Positions 54,494-63,277 of a stretch of DNA of 63,277 nucleotides are shown here, one piece after another. The DNA is from Lama guanicoe. Its lineage: Eukaryota. The first letter of the stretch is position 1; every line of letters begins with the position of its first letter. The position numbers were made by a program, and so were the translations under genes. The notes beneath the pieces were generated by a model, which was not told the DNA's origin, did no database searches, and saw only the letters and a program-made list of their open reading frames with translations. The stretch spans positions 3,808,744 to 3,872,020 of the forward strand of contig MU054212.1 of assembly GCA_013239625.1 (NCBI GenBank). Direction: 5' to 3'.

Positions 54494-56378
54494 CTAGGCA
54501 GGAAAAGAGGCAAAACAGACAAGGTCGTAATTTTAAAAACCCGGCCCAGCTCATCACGGTCTTCAACACTCATAATCTGCACCCATGGGGGTGAGAAACT
54601 TGTAACGCCTCTTCCACTCCCTTAGCTGTTTCTGGCCTCGGACGAAGAGAAACAAGACGAAGCACTGACTTAGGCTTAGAGTGGGAAGACCTGGGTTCTG
54701 GAATCTGGTGCCCTAGGAACTCACTGAGTGAACGTCTGTCCTCAGTTTTACCATCTGCAAGTGGGGACAATAACTATTTCTGTCTTTCATTTGTCTTGCT
54801 GGGGGGTAGGCTACCCTTAATAGACTGGTTTGTTAATTCTAAGATGACAAGTAACAGTAAGTGAAATCATTACTCATCATTTCATAGCTGTGTCCTTCCC
54901 GTTGGTCAGGCATCATCTGACTCCCCAAATCGGAGAGAAGGACACTTCTCAAGGAGGGTCAAGTGCCCGCCAAGATGACTTTGGAAGTAACCAGACCTGG
55001 ATCAGCAGCTGGATCTTGAGGGTGTTTGAATCCCAAAGGCTCGTGTTTTTCTACTGCGCTTCTGTGCGTTTCCTTTTCTATTCAACTGCACGTTTCAGGT
55101 AAGAAGGCTTGGGGATTAGTCTGAGCACTGAAATAACATTAGGTTTTCATGCTTTACATTTTTGTGCCAGGATTAGACTCATAAATTTTCCAGAGGATTG
55201 ATGTGAAAATCAGCACCAATTCGTTTTCCTTCAAAATGGCTAGAGTCGGTTCTTCACATCACAATCCATCAGATCTAAGTCTTTCTCGATAAGGCTGGCA
55301 TATATGCCTCATTCTGGCTGAAATTGAAACATATCCCTAAGTGCACATCTAAGAATGCATTCTCTCTAAAATCTGGGGCTATCAGTTTACATCCTGAAGC
55401 AAAAGATTTGATGACTCCTATTTGAGCACATTTTTATTATTGGCCATAAAAATAAATATCCTCCTTTTAAAGCCAGATACCTGAGCTCATTTGCCATTGT
55501 TCCACGGCTAAATCTAGCAAGCGGATTATTAGTCTAGCATGCAGATTTCAAATTATAGTCAAAGTAGTCTCCACACAGGAAGTAAAAAATGCTCAGGCTT
55601 CTATAGTAATTGCTTAGAAAAAAGGGACAGGATTCTAAACTACCAGAACACTTGTAAATGGTGGAAACATAAAAGAAACAGCCAACATTTTCAAGAAAGT
55701 GACTGATGTATAGCGCGACAGCACCGGAGACTAAGTCCCGCTGTTACTTAACAATAAAACACGGAGTCCAAGCAATTTATTCTTTTAACCCGCATGCTTA
55801 GTAGTGGTTCCTGAAGTACTTACCAGTGGTTAATTTTCTTGCATTCCATTGAACCAAAAATTGCAAAGTATCTTAGAAAGGCACAATTCCTTAAACTAGA
55901 CTTGCTCTAAACACAACTTATTGAGCTGTGTAATTATTTCTATGATCCAAGGTGCTGTATGAAGTACTGTCTCTCACTATTTTATGCAGTCCGTCAGAAG
56001 CAAATACCTTGATCCCTGCATGACTGGAGCAGGCTGCTGACTGCGCTGTGTATGAAGGAAAGCAATATACTTATTTTCCTAAATCATCAACTACGTGCCG
56101 TAAATTCAGAGTCAAATCGTAAGTGCTCAGACTGAGGACTGTCTAACATTTTTCTATGAAAATAGTTGGCTATGGCTCCCCAGAAGATTAGCATCTGAAA
56201 ACAGCAACAGGGCAGGGAAGAGGTAGGCTGGCTGGGTTTGCTGTAGACATGGACATACTGGAAAGGATGCTCAACGCTTTTCTCATTCTCAAGCGGACGT
56301 GGCTGCAAGAAGGTGCTCAGAGGTGGAAGAGAGTGGTCAGGTGATGTTGAAAGGCAGAAGCAAAAAGTTACTTCGCTA

Positions 56379-56744
<366 letters not shown>

Positions 56745-56941
56745 TTACTAGCTAATAGTACATATAAAACCCACTTCAACTATCCTGCATGGTGATTTTT
56801 TTTTTTTTTGCTTTAAGGGCTTTTAACACCTTACTTAAACTTTGAGTAGCTTTTTAAATGTATTTAATGAGAAGATAATAAAGCGCTTAAAATTAGCTTT
56901 TCATACCAGGCTTCAAAACCTCTCCACTGCACATATATTCA

Positions 56942-57196
<255 letters not shown>

Positions 57197-57347
57197 TTAA
57201 AAGGGGAAAACATTACAAACCGATGCTACACAATTCTTTCCCTTTGAGTCTCAATTACGGTGAAACTCGCCAAGCTCTAGCTTTCTGACCTTGGAAAAAT
57301 CTAGCTGGCACAGCACCTAAGCGGTCTGCTTTTCTCTTCTTTTCTAG

Positions 57348-57530
57348 ACGACCCCCGTGGTGCCCCGAATGGGTCCGCGGGTGCTGAGGGCGGTGACAAC
57401 GCGCACGCGCACGCCCCTGGGTCGGGGCCAAGCACAACTCGGCGGCTTCCTGACACTCGCTCTTCTTCCTCTGCGCGCCACGCCGCGGGGGATGTCGGAG
57501 ACGCACAACACCGTGCCCACGATCTCCCGG
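57348..57530. other. Small, very CpG-dense GC-rich patch in CDH2 intron 11
   Basis: About 25 CpG dinucleotides in 183 bp by hand count, in an otherwise AT-rich, CpG-depleted intron. Confidence 0.8.
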
Positions 57531-57937
57531 ACCCTACTCTTTGATGGTGAACCAAGACATGCGCATGAAAGAACCTGACTGCTTTTCAAGCTCAGGCACA
57601 GCTCGGAAATACTGCAACAGTCTGTGGGAGAAGTGCTACAGACCCCAGACCTCATCCTGGGAAGGAGCGCCATGGAGAAGAGACGTATTCATTGATCAAC
57701 CAGCCACTCCTTGAGAAAGGGCTAGGCTGCTCTGTATACGTTATTTCAGTTGTCATCCTATGAAGCAGATTGAACAGACAGTAACCTACGGCTCTGTAAA
57801 GTGGGCGTGGCCTCACCCTCTTAGAAGCGGTGGGGTTGCTAGGAAAGACGGGTCTGTCTCACCCCAAACCCATTCTCATTCCACCACCAAATGCTGTCTC
57901 TACCACTTCTTGTGCTAATTTAGCCTGATGTTATGTA

Positions 57938-57975
57938 ATATTATATTATATTATATTATATTATATTATATTATA
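57938..57975. repeat. (TTATA)n pentanucleotide microsatellite followed by an AT-rich low-complexity tract to ~58120
   Basis: Seven consecutive ttata units at 57941-57975. Confidence 0.9.
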
Positions 57976-60052
57976 TATAGCCTCTGCTATATTATAAAAA
58001 TTTATAAGGATATATATAATGGAAATATGATTATAAACATATATATATAATTGTATTAATTTAAATATATAACATGATATAATTAAATTTAGTTAAATAA
58101 CGTACATATTATATAAATGTAATAGAACAGAAATGTAAGACTTTTCTAAATAAGGCTGCATACTGAGACCCAGTGGTTTAAGTGACTTTGCCCAAGGTCA
58201 TGCAACTAGGGAGGTGCACACATCCACGCCTGAGAGGGACAACCAGAAAGCTCCACGGACCTCTCTGAGGAAGATGGATGGCTATGAGAGAGGGGAGGTT
58301 AAGGTGGAGGGGTGGGGCGGCTGTTCATAATATTCTAATACCACTGGGACCCCCTGTGATTCTCCATAGTCTGAATTACTTTCACATTTATTATCACATT
58401 GAATATTATCTGACTCTCATAACAACTGCATAAAATAGCAAGCAGCAAAAACAATTTATCAATAAGGAAACAAAGGCCCCGAGACTATATAACAGCTTGC
58501 CCAGTCACTAAAGGAGCAGACTTGGGGCTCCGAATCCAGCCTTGCGACTTACAGTCAAGTGTGTTTGCAAAGCATCACAGCTACATGGATTTAACCGCTC
58601 TCTTCTCTCTCATATTAAACACCTTTCAATTAGAAAACAATCCACCTCAGTGAATGAAAAATCTGGTTGTAACTCACCACCAACATATATACGTGTAATT
58701 TGATAGCTCTTTAAATCTCAACATAAGGGTGCAAGATATATTGCTTTAAGTTTCACTGTGGGGAAAGCTACCACTTACATATGGCAAGAAAGCATAAAAC
58801 AGACACTAATGCTGTGCTTTGATGTGAAATGGGGCAGAAGCCGTTCCCACCAAGTTTCAAGCCTACATCTTTGAACAGTAGGTCTTATATTAGAAAGGAT
58901 AAGAAATATTGCTTTGGTCCTGTCACCTCGTAGATTTATGACAGATAATGATCTCATTGAATCTTATTATACAGGATTCGGAAAGCTTCTTTGACTCTGT
59001 TCTTATCAAAAGTGTTGATAGGCCAACATTTTTCAAACTGCACGTCTTGGCCACCAAACAGAAAAGCCAGCTATTTTTATTAGATGCTAACATTCATAGT
59101 CCAGTACTGAAACAGTTTTAAAATAGGGTTGCAATTCAGTTTTCAAACTATTAACACATAATAGAAATATTTATTTGAGTGTTTAGTTTGTGCCAGGCAC
59201 TGTTTTAAAAGCTTTACAGATCCAAGTCATTTTATCTTCTCCTGTACACTGTGAGTTAAGGATACTGCTACCATTATGCTTATTTAACAGAAAAAGGAAA
59301 TGGGCAGATTTAAAACTTTGTGGCCAGGCTTGCAGTTAAAAAGTGGTTAGAGCTGGAGTTTGAGCCCAGGAGGTCAGGTACAGTCTCAAAGCTTTAGTCT
59401 TAGACCATGTCATACTGAGAGCTAAACCAAGTCCAAAACCAGGTTTACATAAGTCATTTTTATCTTATATATTTAAAAAACAGTGCTATCTATTCATCTC
59501 AGCCATTTAGAATCCAGCAGAGACCTCCAAAGGAAAAAAAAAGTGCTAAACTATGTTTCAAAACCAACATACTAAAAGCTCGTGGACTCAATTATTTCAA
59601 TTTATGCACGAAATTAAGAGTTTCCTGGCCCATGGCAGATTAGAGGCAGAGAATTAGAAAGAGGAAAAATGCTGGAGACAGACAAATTTATGGCAGCAAA
59701 TACATTGACTAGAAGCAGTATAAAAAGGCCACCTTGAAACACACAGTGTCTGGGCCAGTGAGGCATCGAGGTGCAGCAGGGCAGAGAAATCACAAAGGCT
59801 TGTGACCACAATACTAGACAGACTGCCATGGAGAGTGTAAGGACACTGGGAACATTCATTACAGAAGACAGAGAACATATCATGGAAAGCCCAGCGGGAA
59901 CAGAAAATAGGAACTGGGGCCTTAGAGGAATGAAGGTCAGTTTTCGAGACAATTGGGTTTCGTAGAAAACCTCATTTCCTGATGGTGCGTTCCTGATGAG
60001 GAACATGTCACTTTAACAACATCCAGGATAATACAGTGACTGCATTCAATTA

Positions 60053-60223
<171 letters not shown>

Positions 60224-60759
60224 TTAAATTTTTCTGACACAAAACTTAATAAATAAAACCTCTTTTACAGGTTTGGTTCCAAATGCAACCAGCTCATTAA
60301 CGTGCATTTTTGTAGATGACGGTTGGATGGACAGCTTTTACGTGGGCAAGTGTTTCTGTGCCAGTGGTGTGAGGAGGCCCGTGAAGGTTATGTGCTGCAG
60401 GAGCAGACATGTGGTAGACAGCAGATAGGAGCTGGAGGGGAAAGATCAGGAGCCGGTCTTTACTGTGTGTTGGGATTAAGGCAGATTTGACAGGTCGCAT
60501 TTTAAGCTCTTAACTAGTTCAAAGGACAAGACAGCAATGATGTAGATAAGATAGCTCAAATATACCACCTAAATGAGCATTAGCCCTAACGTACAGGACT
60601 TATGAGACATTATAAGAAAGGTTGAATTTTCTACCACGGGACACTTCCAAAATGTTTGCCACCTTCTCCTAGTGGAGATGAGGTCACAGCGGGGAGACGC
60701 CCATCACCTCATTCCTATGAGGATTTCCCACCTGGACTAAGCCTCAGAATTACACTCTT

Positions 60760-60993
60760 CATAAAATGTGGGTTCGAGATTTGCAGATACTAACTACTAT
60801 GTATAAAATAGGTAAACAACAAGGTCCTACTGTATAGCACAGGGGACTATATTCAATAGCTTGTAGTAACCTCTAATGAAAAAGAATATGAAAAGGAACA
60901 CGTTTATGTATATGTATGGCTGAAACTTTATGTTGTACACCAGAAATTGACACACTGTAAACTGACTACACTTCAATAAAGAAAAAGAAAAAA
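60760..60993 (+). mobile_element. Artiodactyl-type L1 3' end with TSD
   Basis: aaacaacaaggtcctactgtatagcacagggg...actgactacacttcaataaa plus A tail; TSD agaatta(c/t)actctt at 60746-60759 and 60994-61007. Confidence 0.8.
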
Positions 60994-61854
60994 AGAATTA
61001 TACTCTTTAAGGGAAGTCCCACGGTCTGAGTCTGAATGAAGCAGCTTTATCTGCTTTATTAGCTTAACCTCCTTTTTCGTTTGGGGAAGGGGCGAGCTTT
61101 TCAAGCTTGGATAGCCCATATACAAATTGGAAAACATATCCCACGTTTGGAGAGGCCAAAAGTTGGAGGAGTTCAATACACCTATTAATTAGCTATTTAT
61201 CTATCTTGATTTCAACGTAAGGAGAAGTGGAGAAGATATGCAGTCATCTGTCAGCATTTCTCAAAGAAGTTGAATAAAGTAGGAGCTAATTTAAAAAGGT
61301 ACCATCACCAGCAATGGGTGAGAGTCGCGTGGGGTACGCTCTGCCAACCATCTACTCTCTCATCGGGAAGGATAAATGAGATTCTGCTGAGGCTGGAAAT
61401 CTTTACAGATATGCTTTGCAAGTCCTATAACCACTGTACAGGTGAGGGATGAAAATAATTAGCTCTTATGTCTTGGTTTCGGCATAAGTTCCCTTCTCTT
61501 CCCGATGGATGGAGTAGAGAGAAATGTCATGTAAGCTCCCAAGAGAGTCCCCCGTTTATGCACAGTGGAAGCTTTTACTGATGTTTGGTACAAAAGCACA
61601 GGCTAAATTATTATTAAAGATTGAAAAAAGGAAAGAGGACAGAAGAAGAGATGCAGAGAGCTTTTGTTTTGATAAAATAATACACCGGTAGCTCCATTCT
61701 TCTATTTCCTTTCTAATACACTCGTTCATCTACTGGTGAAACCTCACCAAACAATTAAAAATCATCTCGTAATACGTAGCTTGGGTTCCAATGGTAATTT
61801 TGCACGTAAAAGGTAAATACATTTTACGCACAGCGTGGAACATAGTGTAAATTA

Positions 61855-62154
<300 letters not shown>

Positions 62155-62696
62155 TTATTTTTTAAAGGGAAACTATATTTTTGCAGGAAATCAGATATCT
62201 GCATTCTGTAGTTGAGTCTTCTATCAACTCCATTTCTAAAACCTTAATTTTTCATTCACTGCACCATAGGTTCCTCTCGTATTTCTGGAAAACATGCAGT
62301 AGCCTGGTCAATGATTGACGTATTTATCACTCAGATAAGATATTTCTACATCTTGGGCATTTCAAAGATTCACGTTCACAAAATAATGCATACTACTATT
62401 GCATTGTGCATTTACTGAGCTACATCTAAGAACTTGCTTATTCTTAAGAACAGCATTGTTGACCAAAAATAAAAAACACGAAGTAAGCTGGGATCAAGTG
62501 GGAACACGGTGGTCTAGACTGTATTCTCAGACATTGGGCCCAAGACCGTTCCTCCTCCAGGACAGCTTTCACCAGTCTGCGATGAAGTGGAAAAAACAAA
62601 AACTAGAAAATGTCATTTTTTTCATAAAGCTAAACTCATACTATTTAAAAACATCCTTCATAATTTAAAGTGAACATTTTAAAGTCCACACACGTA

Positions 62697-62829
62697 AGGG
62701 GAAGGTACCACTCAGTAGTAGAGTGTGCGCTTAGCATGCACAAGGTCCTGGGTTCAATCCCCACTACTTCGGTTAAAATGAATAAATAAACCAACCTAAT
62801 TGCCTCCCCTCCCCCCCAAATAAAATAAA
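62697..62829 (+). mobile_element. tRNA-derived SINE (Vic-1-like) with TSD
   Basis: ggggaaggtaccactcagtagtagag...ggttcaatcccc head, (taaa)n tail; imperfect TSD taaagt(c/a)cacacac at 62680-62693 and 62830-62843. Confidence 0.8.
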
Positions 62830-63277
62830 TAAAGTACACACACATACACACTTCAAAAAAAAATCACAGTGTTTGTAGGTGGAAGGATTTTTTGTCTGCT
62901 CGTAGTTAACAAACTAAAGGGCTGAAGCTAACGAGAAAGCCATGTAACTGGCACAAACCACACCAATTTTTTAACCTGCACCACTTCCTCAAATCTTCAT
63001 AGTGTTTTTTTTTTCTGACTCTAAAATCCCCAATTCAACTTCCTTTTCTGAATTATTTTAAACAAGACAGTAAAGAAGGCAGAAAATAAGACAGAATTCT
63101 TTTGAGTGAGTGAGTGCCTCAGCCACATGAAACGTCCCTGACAACACTTCTTTACGCTGAGGGCTAAGACCCTGGATGTGCATTAAGCTTATTTATCCCT
63201 CAGAACAGCATTAAGACTTAGGTATAGTTACCATCCTCACTCTCCGTGTGAGGAACCCGAGGTCTACAGAACCTGCC

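Noticed and set aside
57255..57673. Four overlapping Arg/Ala/Pro-rich ORFs in the CpG patch
   Set aside because: An expected by-product of high GC (few stop codons); no recognisable homology.

Overview
Mammalian genomic DNA containing the 3' half of the N-cadherin gene CDH2 on the minus strand. The host is most likely a camelid, inferred from the tRNA-derived SINEs and L1 3' ends. Seven coding exons are present (equivalent to human exons 10-16: 254, 143, 234, 234, 140, 165 and 207 coding nt), all with GT-AG boundaries and a continuous reading frame. They encode EC3(end)-EC5, the TM helix and the catenin-binding tail. A ~1.2 kb 3'UTR with AATAAA follows, then ~24.7 kb of downstream intergenic DNA. 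The rest is mostly interspersed repeats (L1, L2, MIR, SINEs, ERV/MaLR LTRs, Tigger, MER58). The two most unusual structures are: (i) a near-perfect 2,228-bp head-to-tail duplication in the last intron, either very recent or an assembly artefact; (ii) a ~180-bp extremely CpG-dense patch in intron 11 that seems to be a GC-shifted old L2 fragment and starts exactly at an antisense splice-acceptor-like motif. I found no convincing novel protein-coding gene or novel multi-gene system. Repeat family names come from recalled consensus sequences, not a database search.
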